A stretch of DNA of 64,000 nucleotides, taken from contig NZ_DASYGF010000060.1 in NCBI RefSeq assembly GCF_036000045.1, positions 26,804-90,803 on the forward strand, given 5' to 3'. Positions 53,557 through 63,242 of the stretch are shown one piece after another. This DNA comes from Pedococcus sp. Its GTDB lineage: Bacteria > Actinomycetota > Actinomycetes > Actinomycetales > Dermatophilaceae. The notes beneath the pieces are model-generated. The model was not told the origin of the DNA and did no database searches. It worked only from the letters and a program-made list of their open reading frames with translations. Within the stretch, counting starts at the first letter, position 1. Each line of letters opens with the position of its first letter. The position numbers and the translations under genes were made by a program.

Positions 53557-54528
53557 ATGGCGCCCGTGAGCCACCCCGCGAACGGCACCGGCGCCCTTCC
53601 CTCGCCCTACGTCGAGCTCGACCGCGCCGCCTGGGCGCGGTTGCGGCAGAACCAGCCGCTCAACCTCGACGCGGCCGACGTGGCCCGGCTGCGCGGGCTC
53701 GGGGACCGGATCGACCTCGCTGAGGTCGAGGAGGTCTACCTGCCCCTGTCGCGGCTGCTCAACTTCTACGTCGGAGCCACCGCGGGCCTGCACCGCATCA
53801 CCGGCGACTTCCTGGGCGAGAGCCCCGCCAAGACGCCGTTCGTCATCGGGGTGGCGGGCTCGGTGGCCGTGGGGAAGTCGACGACCGCGCGCCTGCTCCA
53901 GGAGCTGCTGTCCCGCTGGCCAGGAACTCCCGAGGTCGAGCTGGTGACGACCGACGGGTTCCTCTATCCCAACGCCGAGCTCGAGCGGCGGGGCCTGTTG
54001 CAGCGCAAGGGCTTTCCCGAGTCCTACGACCGGCGCGCGCTGCTGCGGTTCGTCGCGGAGGTCAAGTCCGGCAAGGCCGAGGTGCGTGCCCCCGTCTACT
54101 CCCACCTCACCTACGACATCGTCCCGGACCAGCAGATCGTCGTGCGCCAGCCCGACGTGCTGATCGTCGAGGGGCTCAACGTGCTGCAGGCGCCACGGCT
54201 GCATGCGGACGGCCGCACGGGGCTGGCGGTCAGCGACTTCTTCGACTTCTCGGTCTACGTCGACGCTCATCTCGACGACATCCGACACTGGTACATCGAC
54301 CGGTTCCTGCGGCTGCGCGAGACGGCCTTCGCCGACCCCGACTCCTACTTCCACCGCTATGCGTGGCTGTCCGACGACGAGGCGCGGGCCACCGCCGCCG
54401 ACATCTGGGCGAAGATCAACGAGGTCAACCTCCGCGAGAACGTGCTGCCCACCCGGAGCCGGGCCACCCTGGTGCTCGCCAAGGGCAAGGACCACAACGT
54501 CCGCCGCATCCGCCTCCGCAAGCTCTGA
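53557..54528 (+). CDS. coaA: Type I pantothenate kinase
   Basis: [35 protein letters not shown]. Confidence 0.95.
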   Translation: MAPVSHPANGTGALPSPYVELDRAAWARLRQNQPLNLDAADVARLRGLGDRIDLAEVEEVYLPLSRLLNFYVGATAGLHRITGDFLGESPAKTPFVIGVAGSVAVGKSTTARLLQELLSRWPGTPEVELVTTDGFLYPNAELERRGLLQRKGFPESYDRRALLRFVAEVKSGKAEVRAPVYSHLTYDIVPDQQIVVRQPDVLIVEGLNVLQAPRLHADGRTGLAVSDFFDFSVYVDAHLDDIRHWYIDRFLRLRETAFADPDSYFHRYAWLSDDEARATAADIWAKINEVNLRENVLPTRSRATLVLAKGKDHNVRRIRLRKL

Positions 54529-54566
54529 GGACGCTGCTCGGCATACGGGCGGGGCATGATGGTTGT

Positions 54567-55982
54567 ATGCCGCCCGCTCAGGACCCTGCCTCCGCCCCCA
54601 CCCGCACCGAGCACGACTCCATGGGGAACGTCGAGGTGCCGGCCGAGGCGCTGTGGGGCGCCCAGACGGCCCGCGCCGTGGCGAACTTCCCGATCTCGGG
54701 CCGACCGGTGCCCGCCGGCGTCATCCATGCCCTCGCCCTGCTCAAAGGCGCCGCTGCGGAGGTGAACGCCGAGCTGGGTGTGGTGGACGACAGTCGTGCG
54801 CAGGCGATCCGCGAAGCCGCCCAGGAGGTGGCGCTGGGCAAGCATGACGACCAGTTCCCGATCGACGTCTTCCAGACCGGGTCGGGCACCTCCACCAACA
54901 TGAACGTCAACGAGGTGCTCGCCCGCCTGGCCCACCTCGCCACCGGCGAGGCCGTGCACCCGAACGACCACGTGAACGCCGGACAGTCCAGCAACGACAC
55001 CTTCCCCAGCGCTCTGCGCATCGCGGCCACGCTGGCCGTCCACCGCGACCTCGCGCCCGCCCTGGTCCACCTCGCCCAGGCGCTGCGAGCCAAGGAGTCG
55101 GAGTTCGCCGACGTGGTCAAGGCCGGCCGGACCCACCTCATGGACGCCGTCCCGGTGACGCTCGGCCAGGAGTTCGGCGGCTATGCCCGCCAGGTCGAGC
55201 TCGGTGCCGAGCGGGTGCTCGTGGCTGCTCAGGCCACCGCCGAGCTGCCGCTGGGCGGCACCGCCGCCGGGACCGGCCTCAACGCCGCCCCGGGGTTCGC
55301 GGCCGCGGTGATCGAGCGGGTCAGCGAGCGCACCGGAGTCGCCTTTCGCGAGGCGGCGAACCACTTCGAGGCACAGTCGGCGCAGGACGCCGTCGTCGAG
55401 CTGAGTGGCGCGCTGCGGGTCGTGGCGGTGAGCCTCACCAAGATCTGCAACGACCTGCGCTGGATGTCCTCCGGGCCCCGCTCGGGACTGGGCGAGATCC
55501 ACCTGCCCGACCTGCAGCCGGGTTCGAGCATCATGCCGGGCAAGGTCAACCCCGTCATCGCCGAGGCGACTTTGATGGCCTGCGCCCAGGTCATCGGCAA
55601 CGACACCACCATCACCCTGGCCGGCGCGTCAGGAGCCTTCGAGCTCAACGTCATGCTGCCCGTGATGGCCCGCAACATCCTCGAGTCCGCAGAGCTGCTG
55701 GCGGCCACGTCCCGGCTGCTGGCCGACCGGTGTGTCGACGGCATCGAGGCCGACCGGGAGCGGGCGCTGGAGCTGGCCGAGGGATCGCCCTCGATCGTCA
55801 CGCCGCTGAACCGCTACATCGGGTACGAGGCCGCCGCGGCCGTGGCGAAGCAGTCCATCAAGGAGCGTCGCCCGATCCGGGACATCGTCGTCGAGCGGGG
55901 ACATGTGGCCAGTGGCGAGATCACGGAGCAGCAGCTCGACGACGCTCTCGACGTCCTGGCGATGACCCGGCCGCCGGTCTGA
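54567..55982 (+). CDS. fumC: Class II fumarate hydratase
   Basis: [36 protein letters not shown]. Confidence 0.94.
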   Translation: MPPAQDPASAPTRTEHDSMGNVEVPAEALWGAQTARAVANFPISGRPVPAGVIHALALLKGAAAEVNAELGVVDDSRAQAIREAAQEVALGKHDDQFPIDVFQTGSGTSTNMNVNEVLARLAHLATGEAVHPNDHVNAGQSSNDTFPSALRIAATLAVHRDLAPALVHLAQALRAKESEFADVVKAGRTHLMDAVPVTLGQEFGGYARQVELGAERVLVAAQATAELPLGGTAAGTGLNAAPGFAAAVIERVSERTGVAFREAANHFEAQSAQDAVVELSGALRVVAVSLTKICNDLRWMSSGPRSGLGEIHLPDLQPGSSIMPGKVNPVIAEATLMACAQVIGNDTTITLAGASGAFELNVMLPVMARNILESAELLAATSRLLADRCVDGIEADRERALELAEGSPSIVTPLNRYIGYEAAAAVAKQSIKERRPIRDIVVERGHVASGEITEQQLDDALDVLAMTRPPV

Positions 55983-56036
55983 GCTCAGCCCGGCTCGAGT
56001 CGGGCCACGGCCGGACTCGGGTCCGACCAGGTCCGC

Positions 56037-56786
56037 TCAGTACCAGTGCGGCGAGCGGCCTTCCCAGGTGTTCCAGGCGTTGCAGGGGGTGCCATAGGAG
56101 GACTTGATGTACTGCAGTCCCCAGCGAATCTGCGTCACCGGGTTGGACTGCCAGTCGGAGCCTGCGCTGGCCATCTTGGAGCCGGGCAGCGACTGCGGGA
56201 TGCCGTAGGCGCCCGAGGAGCCGTTGGAGGCGTTGAAGCGCCAGCCGCTCTCGCCGTTCCAGAGGTTGTCCAGGCAGCCGAACTGGCCGGCGTCGAAGCC
56301 GAACTCGGACAGCAGCGCCTGTGCCGCGGCGCGGGGGTCGGCCTGCGCGTTGGCCAGGATGGCCTGCTTCTGGGCCTCGAGCGCCTGGCGCGCCTGGTCG
56401 CGGGCGGCCTTGGCAGCCGCATCCTGACGGGCCTTGGCGGCGGCCTTCGCGGCGACGAGGGCCGTGAGGCGGTCCTGCTCCTGGGCCGCGGCGAGGCCGG
56501 CGTTGGTGGCGTTACGGTCGGCGGCGAGCCTGGCCGTGTCCTCGAGCTGGGCATCGGACAGCTCGTTGGCCTGCGCGACCGCCTCGGTGCTGACAGTGAA
56601 CCCGGCGGACCCGGTCTGGTGCCGGTCTGTCGCCTGGTAGCCGGCGGCCGTGGTCGCGAGAACGGCCAGCAGAACGCTGGACGTGACTGCGGGACGCCTG
56701 ATGGCCCTGGTGAGGCCGGAGGTGTGAGAGGCGGTCCTGCCGGGGGCCTTCACCTGACGGTGTCGACCCTGGTAGGGCTGGCTCAT
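56037..56786 (-). CDS. Secreted lytic transglycosylase-like protein (coiled coil + lysozyme-like domain)
   Basis: GRHR N-terminus, Ala-rich coil, LWNGESGW, SGAYGIPQSLPGSKM, NPVTQIRWGLQYIKSSYG. Confidence 0.85.
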   Translation of the reverse strand: MSQPYQGRHRQVKAPGRTASHTSGLTRAIRRPAVTSSVLLAVLATTAAGYQATDRHQTGSAGFTVSTEAVAQANELSDAQLEDTARLAADRNATNAGLAAAQEQDRLTALVAAKAAAKARQDAAAKAARDQARQALEAQKQAILANAQADPRAAAQALLSEFGFDAGQFGCLDNLWNGESGWRFNASNGSSGAYGIPQSLPGSKMASAGSDWQSNPVTQIRWGLQYIKSSYGTPCNAWNTWEGRSPHWY

Positions 56787-56947
56787 ACAGGTTCCTCCAA
56801 AGGAAAGACCACCGTGGAGGTGGCCTCAGTCGGTGCCGGGACAGATGCTGCGGGGAGCGGCCAGTCGCCCCATCAGGTCTGCGAGCCGGCACGTTATGAA
56901 ACCGAGACCTTAGCCTCGATGGCCCTCGATCTCCAATTTGCCCCATC

Positions 56948-56975
56948 TCGATGTGACTGGTGTGACAGATGTGAC
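56948..56975 (-). promoter_or_regulatory. Three 9-bp GTCACA direct repeats (MtrA-box-like)
   Basis: Minus strand reads GTCACATCT GTCACACCA GTCACATCG, upstream of the cell-wall hydrolase. Confidence 0.55.
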
Positions 56976-57055
56976 GCCAATTTCAGCCGTTCGGATGACC
57001 CGTTCGTCGGTTGGGGCCCCCCGACCACCACTACGCCCCCCCGACCGCCACTACA

Positions 57056-57112
57056 CAGACGCCCGTCCCACTGCGCTGAGAGCTGCTCGGGGCGCAGTGG
57101 GACGGGCGTCTG
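57056..57112 (-). terminator. phoH2 terminator (perfect 21-bp stem)
   Basis: cagacgcccgtcccactgcgc / gcgcagtgggacgggcgtctg. Confidence 0.75.
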
Positions 57113-57133
57113 CTCAGTGGGAAGCGGACGGGG

Positions 57134-58516
57134 TCAGACCTCCAGGCCCTCCAACAGGTCGGTGACCAGGGCGGCGATCGGGCTGCGCTCGCTGCGCGTC
57201 AGCGTGACGTGCGCGAACAGCGGGTGCCCCTTGAGCGCCTCGATCACGGCGGCCACCCCGTCGTGCCGGCCGACCCGCAGGTTGTCGCGCTGGGCCACGT
57301 CGTGGGTCAGCACCACCCGCGAGTTCTGGCCGACCCGGGACAGCACGGTGAGCAGCACGTTGCGTTCGAGCGACTGCGCCTCGTCAACGATGACGAACGC
57401 GTCGTGCAGCGAGCGCCCCCGGATGTGGGTCAGGGGCAGGACCTCGAGCATGCCGCGGTCCATGATCTCCTCCACCACCTCGTGCGAGACGAGCGCACCC
57501 AAGGTGTCGAAGACCGCCTGGGCCCAGGGCCCCATCTTCTCGGACTCACTCCCCGGCAGGTACCCGAGCTCCTGGCCGCCCACGGCATACAGGGGTCGGA
57601 AGACCACCACCTTGCGCTGCTGGCGACGCTCCATGACGGCCTCGATGCCTGCGCACAGCGCGAGCGCCGACTTGCCCGTGCCCGCTCGGCCCCCGAGCGA
57701 GACGATGCCCACGTCGGGGTCGAGCAGGATGTCGAGGGCGATCCGCTGCTCGGCGCTGCGCCCGTGCAGCCCGAACGCGTCGCGGTCCCCACGGACCAGC
57801 CGCACCTGCTTGTCGGCCCCGACGCGCCCCAGACCGCTTCCCCGCGGCGAGAGCAGCACCAGGCCCGTGTGGCACGGCATCTCGGCGGCGGCGGCGTTCT
57901 CGATACGGCCGTGCTCGTAGAGGGCGTCCATCTCCTCGACGCTCACGTCGAGCTCGGCCATGCCGGTCCAGCCGCTGTCGACGGCCAGCTCCGCCCGGTA
58001 CTCCTCGGCGGCCAGGCCCACAGCCGACGCCTTGACCCGCATCGGCAGGTCCTTGCTGACCACCGTGACGTCGTCGCCCTCGCTGGAGAGGTTCTTGGCG
58101 ACCGCGAGGATGCGGGTGTCGTTGTCGCCCAGCCGGAACCCGGCCGGCAGCGATGTCGGGTCGGTGTGGTTGAGCTCGACCCGCAGGGTGCCCCCCTCCT
58201 CGCTCACCGAGACGGGCGAGTCGAGACGCCCCTCACGGATCCGCAGGTCGTCGAGCAGGCGCAGCGCCTGGCGGGCGAAGTACCCCAGCTCGGGATGGTG
58301 CCGCTTCGCCTCGAGCTCGGTGACGACGACCACCGGCAGGACGACCTCGTGCTCCTTGAAACGCAGCATGGCGCGCGGGTCGGACAGCAGGACCGAGGTG
58401 TCGAGGACGAACGTCCGGCGAACGGCAGGTGAGCCGGTCGTGGACGGGGTGGAGGCGTCGTGCGTGGTGGTCGAGGCGCGACCGGTGGTGCCGTGGTTCG
58501 AAGCGTTGCGGGCCAA
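57134..58516 (-). CDS. phoH2: PhoH2 (PIN-PhoH ATPase fusion)
   Basis: PIN motifs [25 protein letters not shown]; PhoH motifs [18 protein letters not shown]; TTG start after AAGGAG. Confidence 0.9.
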   Translation of the reverse strand: MARNASNHGTTGRASTTTHDASTPSTTGSPAVRRTFVLDTSVLLSDPRAMLRFKEHEVVLPVVVVTELEAKRHHPELGYFARQALRLLDDLRIREGRLDSPVSVSEEGGTLRVELNHTDPTSLPAGFRLGDNDTRILAVAKNLSSEGDDVTVVSKDLPMRVKASAVGLAAEEYRAELAVDSGWTGMAELDVSVEEMDALYEHGRIENAAAAEMPCHTGLVLLSPRGSGLGRVGADKQVRLVRGDRDAFGLHGRSAEQRIALDILLDPDVGIVSLGGRAGTGKSALALCAGIEAVMERRQQRKVVVFRPLYAVGGQELGYLPGSESEKMGPWAQAVFDTLGALVSHEVVEEIMDRGMLEVLPLTHIRGRSLHDAFVIVDEAQSLERNVLLTVLSRVGQNSRVVLTHDVAQRDNLRVGRHDGVAAVIEALKGHPLFAHVTLTRSERSPIAALVTDLLEGLEV

Positions 58517-58828
58517 TGTCTCTCCTTGGCACAGCGCGCCGCAGCCCGGCGCTCTGCGCCTAATCGCGACCGAGGTGCCGGGTCCATCTCCCACCGCGGT
58601 GGGACCGGATCCGGCCCTCCGCGCGGAGCTCGAACAGCTCCATAGTGGGCCTCCCAGGACGCGGGGCGGGTGCTCCACGTCACTGCCGACGCTACGACTC
58701 GCGGGGCCCCCCGGCGGGATGCCACGCCCGAGCCGAGACGAGTTCCCCCAAGAGTTCACCTGTCCGTCGGAGGGGCGACTCAGACGGTCGTATGCCGGCG
58801 GGTCGGCCGGGCGGGTCGGCGGGTCGGC

Positions 58829-59590
58829 TCAGCCGCCGAAGCGGCGGTTGCGCTCAGAGTAGGCGCGCAGGGCGCGCAGGAAGTCCACGTGCCGGAAGTC
58901 GGGCCAGTAGGCCTCGCAGAAGTAGAACTCGCTGTGCGCGCTCTGCCACAGCAGGAAGCCGGACAGGCGCTGTTCCCCCGAGGTGCGGATCACCAGGTCC
59001 GGATCGGGCTGGCCCTTGGTGTAGAGGTGCTCGGCGATGTGCTCGACCTGGAGTGTCTCGGCGAGCTCCTCGATCGTGGTGCCGTGGGCGGCATGGGCCA
59101 TCAGCATGGAACGGACCGCGTCGGTGATCTCCTGGCGCCCGCCGTAGCCCACCGCCACGTTGACGGTCATCCCGTGGACGTCCTCGGTGAGGTCGGCACT
59201 CTCCTTGAGGCGGCGAGCGGTCTCGGCCGGGAGCAGGTCGAGCGAGCCCACGGGGTTGATCCGCCATCGCTTGGTCGCCGCGAGGTCTGACACCGTGGTC
59301 TCGATGATCGAGAGCAGCGGCACCACCTCGGCGGCGGGCCGGCTGAGGTTGTCGGTCGACAGCAGCCACAGGGTGACCACCTCGACCCGGGCCTCCTCGC
59401 ACCAGTCGAGGAAGTTCGCGATGTTGTCCGCGCCGGCCTGGTGGCCCTCTTTGGTGCCGTGACCCCGCTGGGCGGCCCAGCGCCGGTTGCCGTCGAGCAT
59501 GACCCCGACATGGCGGGGCAGCGTGGCCGTCGCGAGCCGACGTCGCAGCCGCCGTTCATATGCGAGATAGAGGACGTCCGACAGGGCCAC
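58829..59590 (-). CDS. uppS: cis-isoprenyl diphosphate synthase (short-chain UppS family)
   Basis: MLDGNRRWA, LSTDNL, YGGRQEI, IRTSGEQRLSGFLLWQ. Confidence 0.88.
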   Translation of the reverse strand: MALSDVLYLAYERRLRRRLATATLPRHVGVMLDGNRRWAAQRGHGTKEGHQAGADNIANFLDWCEEARVEVVTLWLLSTDNLSRPAAEVVPLLSIIETTVSDLAATKRWRINPVGSLDLLPAETARRLKESADLTEDVHGMTVNVAVGYGGRQEITDAVRSMLMAHAAHGTTIEELAETLQVEHIAEHLYTKGQPDPDLVIRTSGEQRLSGFLLWQSAHSEFYFCEAYWPDFRHVDFLRALRAYSERNRRFGG

Positions 59591-59688
59591 GGCTCCACGC
59601 TACCCCCGCAGGCTGGGAACGGTGGCGCACCGCCCGAGACGCGGCATACCGCCCGGCGATGAGGCGCAGCCCACAACCTACGCATCAG

Positions 59689-59710
59689 TAACCTACGGGA
59701 CCGTAGGTTA
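59689..59710. promoter_or_regulatory. Perfect 10-bp palindrome overlapping the -10 of the hemolysin III gene
   Basis: TAACCTACGG-GA-CCGTAGGTTA; -10 TATAGT at 59709-59714; extra half-site aacctacg at about 59675. Confidence 0.7.
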
Positions 59711-59720
59711 TAGTCCACCC

Positions 59721-60413
59721 ATGGCCACGACTCCCGCCGCCCCCGACCAGGGCCCCCTCGAGACCGTCGTCACCGCAGCCAAGCCCCACCTGCGGGGCTG
59801 GCTCCATGCGGGCATGGCTCCCCTGACCGTAGCCGCCGGCATCGTGCTCATCGCCCTGGCGCCCACCACCTCGGGCCGGGTCGCCGCCGTGGTCTTCTCC
59901 GTCACGGCCTGGATGCTCTTCGGCACGTCCGCCATCTACCACCGGGGCAACTGGTCACCTCGGGTCGCTGGGGTCCTCAAGCGGATGGACCACTCCAACA
60001 TCTTCCTCATCATCGCCGGCACCTACACGCCCTTCGCCCTGCTCCTGCCCCGGTCCGACGCGCGCACGATGCTGCTCATCGTCTGGATCGGCGCGGTGGC
60101 GGGCGTGCTGTTCCGCGTCTTCTGGGTCGGTGCCCCGCGCTGGCTCTACACCCCCGTCTACGTCGCCCTCGGATGGGTGTCGGTCTTCTACCTGCGCGAC
60201 CTCCTGCACTTCGGCGGCCCCGTCATCGTCACCCTGATCGCGGTCGGCGGGCTCCTCTACACGGCGGGCGCTGTCGTCTACGGCATCAAGCGGCCCAACC
60301 CGTCCCCACGCTGGTTCGGGTTCCACGAGATCTTCCACACGCTGACGCTGGCGGCGTTCACGGTGCACTACATCGCCGTGTCGATGACGATCTACGGGGC
60401 GCACCCCGCCTGA
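59721..60413 (+). CDS. trhA: Hemolysin III / PAQR membrane protein (TrhA)
   Basis: KPHLRGWLH, SAIYHR, DHSNIFLIIAGTYTP, GFHEIFH. Confidence 0.9.
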   Translation: MATTPAAPDQGPLETVVTAAKPHLRGWLHAGMAPLTVAAGIVLIALAPTTSGRVAAVVFSVTAWMLFGTSAIYHRGNWSPRVAGVLKRMDHSNIFLIIAGTYTPFALLLPRSDARTMLLIVWIGAVAGVLFRVFWVGAPRWLYTPVYVALGWVSVFYLRDLLHFGGPVIVTLIAVGGLLYTAGAVVYGIKRPNPSPRWFGFHEIFHTLTLAAFTVHYIAVSMTIYGAHPA

Positions 60414-60446
60414 CCGCCGCGGCGTTCGCACCTCACCGGCGCCGCG

Positions 60447-60830
60447 CTAGGACGAGCGCTTGGTCTCCCACAGCCCGACGACGTTGCCCTCCGGGTCGGT
60501 GAAGTAGGCCGTCCACCCCATCTCGCCGACGGGCCGCTTCGCCAGCAGGAGCGAGCCGCCGTTCTGCTCGATCTGCGCCAGTGTCTCCTCGATGTCGTCC
60601 ACGTCCACGACCACCGTGGGACCCGAGAAGCCCTCGCTGCGCTGGGCCATGCCCCCGTTGATGAAGCCCGGCTCGGTGGGCCCGGTGTCGCCAGACGGCC
60701 CAGTGGACACCATCGAGTAGTCCATGCCGGGGTAGCTCTGGATGTCCCAGCCGAAGATGCCGCCGTAGAACGCGCGAGCCCGCTCGGCGTCGTCGTAGGG
60801 AAGCTCGAAATGCACGATCCGACCGCTCAT
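60447..60830 (-). CDS. VOC/glyoxalase family protein
   Basis: IVHFELP, FYGGIFGW, INGGM, YFTDPEGNVVGLWE. Confidence 0.88.
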   Translation of the reverse strand: MSGRIVHFELPYDDAERARAFYGGIFGWDIQSYPGMDYSMVSTGPSGDTGPTEPGFINGGMAQRSEGFSGPTVVVDVDDIEETLAQIEQNGGSLLLAKRPVGEMGWTAYFTDPEGNVVGLWETKRSS

Positions 60831-60862
60831 GACACGACCTCCGACGTCAGCGCACTGGCCGA

Positions 60863-61141
60863 CTAGCTCTGGGACTGGGTGCCCGGCTTCTGTCCGGGGT
60901 CCTCAGTCTGCTCCTGCGCAGGGGTGGCGTCATCCGTCTCGTCGGCCTCCGCCTGAGCGGCCTCGCCCTGGCCCTGACTCCGGTCCTCCGCCTCGCGCTG
61001 GAGCTCCTCGGCACGGTAGGACATCCGGCGCATCCGGGCGTTCATGTTGCGCATGAGCAGATAGAGAGCGACCGCCAGGACGAAGAAGGCGATGAAGCCC
61101 CAGATGCCTGGCGAGACCAGGGTGGAGGGTTCGCCGTTCAT
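60863..61141 (-). CDS. Small single-TM protein downstream of mca
   Basis: VSPGIWGFIAFFVLAVALYLLMRNMNARMRR followed by an acidic tail. Confidence 0.75.
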   Translation of the reverse strand: MNGEPSTLVSPGIWGFIAFFVLAVALYLLMRNMNARMRRMSYRAEELQREAEDRSQGQGEAAQAEADETDDATPAQEQTEDPGQKPGTQSQS

Positions 61142-62076
61142 ACGGTGGCCTCCGTACGGCCGTCGTAGGCGATCGCGAGGTCGGTTCGGGTCGCCAGGGC
61201 GTCACCCTCTGCGGCGTCGCGGATGCCGGCGAACAGGTCGTCCTCGATCGGCTCCACCGGGACGTAGGACAGGGCCGCCTCGTAGTCCTCCGTGGGCCAG
61301 GCCTGGGCCTGCAGGTCGCGCGGCACGCGGAACCACGTGCCGTCAGGGTCGACCTGGGTCGCGTGCGCGAGCAGCGCCTGGTCCCGCTGGTCGAAGTAGT
61401 CGGCACAGTGGACGCGCGTGGTGATGGTGCGAGCGGGGCGGTCGCCCCAGTTCTCCAGCCACTCGGCATACGGGCTCTCTTCACCGAGGGCGGTGAGGGC
61501 CTCGTGGAAGGCCACGATGCGGTCCTTGGTGAAGGTCTGGTGGTAGTAGATCTTCAGCGGCTGCCACGGCTCACCCGCATGGGGGTATGCCGCGGGGTCA
61601 CCGGCCGCCTCGAACGCAGCCATCGACACCCGGTGGCACATGATGTGGTCGGGGTGGGGGTAGCCGCCGTTCTCGTCGTAGGTCGTCAGCACGTGAGGGC
61701 GGAACCTGCGGATCTCGCGCACCAGCGCCTCGGTGGTGACCTCGAGCGGCTCGAGGGCGAAGCATCCCTCCGGCAGCGGGGGCAGCGGGTCGCCCTCGGG
61801 CAGACCGGAGTCCACGAAGCCGAGCCAGGTGTGCTGGACCCCGAGAATCTCCTGGGCCCGCTGCATCTCCTCGCGGCGCACTCGCGGCAGGTCGCGGGCG
61901 ATGTGCGGGTCGTCCTTGAGCCCGGGGTTGAGGACGTCACCGCGCTCGCCACCGGTGCACGAGACGACCAGTACGTCGCGCCCGAGGGCGACGTACTTGG
62001 CCATCGTGGCCGCGCCCTTGCTGGACTCGTCGTCGGGATGCGCATGCACAGCCATGAGCCGCAACCGGTCAGCCAC
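61138..62076 (-). CDS. mca: Mycothiol S-conjugate amidase
   Basis: MAVHAHPDDESSKGAAT, LGFVDSGLPEG, TYDENGGYPHPDH, AHATQVDP. Start approximate. Confidence 0.93.
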   Translation of the reverse strand: MADRLRLMAVHAHPDDESSKGAATMAKYVALGRDVLVVSCTGGERGDVLNPGLKDDPHIARDLPRVRREEMQRAQEILGVQHTWLGFVDSGLPEGDPLPPLPEGCFALEPLEVTTEALVREIRRFRPHVLTTYDENGGYPHPDHIMCHRVSMAAFEAAGDPAAYPHAGEPWQPLKIYYHQTFTKDRIVAFHEALTALGEESPYAEWLENWGDRPARTITTRVHCADYFDQRDQALLAHATQVDPDGTWFRVPRDLQAQAWPTEDYEAALSYVPVEPIEDDLFAGIRDAAEGDALATRTDLAIAYDGRTEATV

Positions 62077-62174
62077 GTGCAGAACCTCTCTCGCCGTCAC
62101 GGACAATGGGGTTGCCCACCGAGACGGGCACCGAAACCGCTTGCCATCCTCTCATCTGTCAGAAGGACCTCGTC

Positions 62175-62543
62175 ATGCCGCTCCCCCGCCCCGCACCCGG
62201 CACCGGGAAGTGGTGGGTGGTCGGCATCATCGGCTGCGCCATCGGTGTCGCACTCGCCGTCTGGCTCGGGCTGGCGAACACCCTGGGCCAGATCACCCCG
62301 ACGGTCACCGGCTACAAGGTGCTCGACGACCGTTCCGTGCGCGTCGACTTCGACGTGGACCGCTCACCCGGCCAAGCCGTCGTGTGCACGGTCCGCGCCC
62401 TGGACCGCACCTTCGGCGTCGTGGGGGTCCTCAACGTCACCGTGCCCGCAACCTCGGAGCGCGACGTGCACCAGCGGGTGGTCGTCAAGACGGCTTCCCG
62501 GGCCGTGACGGGCGAGGTCGAGAGCTGCTCGCCGAACCCCTGA
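62175..62543 (+). CDS. DUF4307 membrane-anchored protein
   Basis: N-terminal TM, GYKVLDD, CTVRALD..FGVVG; mca-greA synteny. Confidence 0.78.
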   Translation: MPLPRPAPGTGKWWVVGIIGCAIGVALAVWLGLANTLGQITPTVTGYKVLDDRSVRVDFDVDRSPGQAVVCTVRALDRTFGVVGVLNVTVPATSERDVHQRVVVKTASRAVTGEVESCSPNP

Positions 62544-62718
62544 ACGCGGCCCCGTCCAGGCGCCCGAGATGGACCACGGTCGACCCCGGCTGTAGAATCG
62601 TCGTTTCACCCAGCGGTCTGGAACCGGCGACGTGCGCGTGGTCGGGTCCGGGCCGTTACGCGTAACAGCCTCCCCATCGCGCAGCCGCGTCCCGGGGACC
62701 CCGATCAAGGAGTACGAC

Positions 62719-63213
62719 GTGAGCGACACCGCGACCCCCACCGCGAGCTACCTGACCCAGGAGGCCTTCGACCGTCTGAAGGCCGAGCTGGACCAGCTCT
62801 CCGGCGACGGCCGTACGGAGATCGCCAAGAAGATCGAGGCGGCCCGCGAGGAGGGCGACCTCAAGGAGAACGGCGGCTACCACGCGGCCAAGGAGGAGCA
62901 GGGCAAGATGGAGGCCCGCATCCGCCAGCTGACCCAGCTGCTCGAGAACGCCACCGTGGGTGCCGCTCCGGCCGACAACGGGGTGGTGACCCCCGGCATG
63001 GTGGTCACCGTCGACATGTTCGGCGACGACGTGCAGTTCCTCCTCGGCTCGCGTGAGATCGCCGACGGCTCGGACCTCGAGGTCTACAGCGAGAAGTCGC
63101 CGCTCGGCGCCGCGATCAACGGCAAGAAGATCGGCGACACCGCGTCCTACACCGCCCCCAACGGCAAGACCATCGACGTCACCGTCAAGGCCGCCACGCC
63201 CTACGTTCCCTGA
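62719..63213 (+). CDS. greA: Transcription elongation factor GreA
   Basis: AREEGDLKENGGYHAAKEEQG, SPLGAA; AAGGAG RBS. Confidence 0.96.
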   Translation: MSDTATPTASYLTQEAFDRLKAELDQLSGDGRTEIAKKIEAAREEGDLKENGGYHAAKEEQGKMEARIRQLTQLLENATVGAAPADNGVVTPGMVVTVDMFGDDVQFLLGSREIADGSDLEVYSEKSPLGAAINGKKIGDTASYTAPNGKTIDVTVKAATPYVP

Positions 63214-63242
63214 GCCGGCGCCCCCGCGGATGCGGACGGGGC

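Noticed and set aside
56787-57000. c-di-AMP (ydaO) riboswitch expected before a cell-wall hydrolase
   Set aside because: The conserved GAATC and CCCGTCAGCTAAC segments are not present.
57017-57054. Direct repeat ccccccgacc(a/g)ccactac x2
   Set aside because: Only two copies beside a terminator; likely a slippage duplication.
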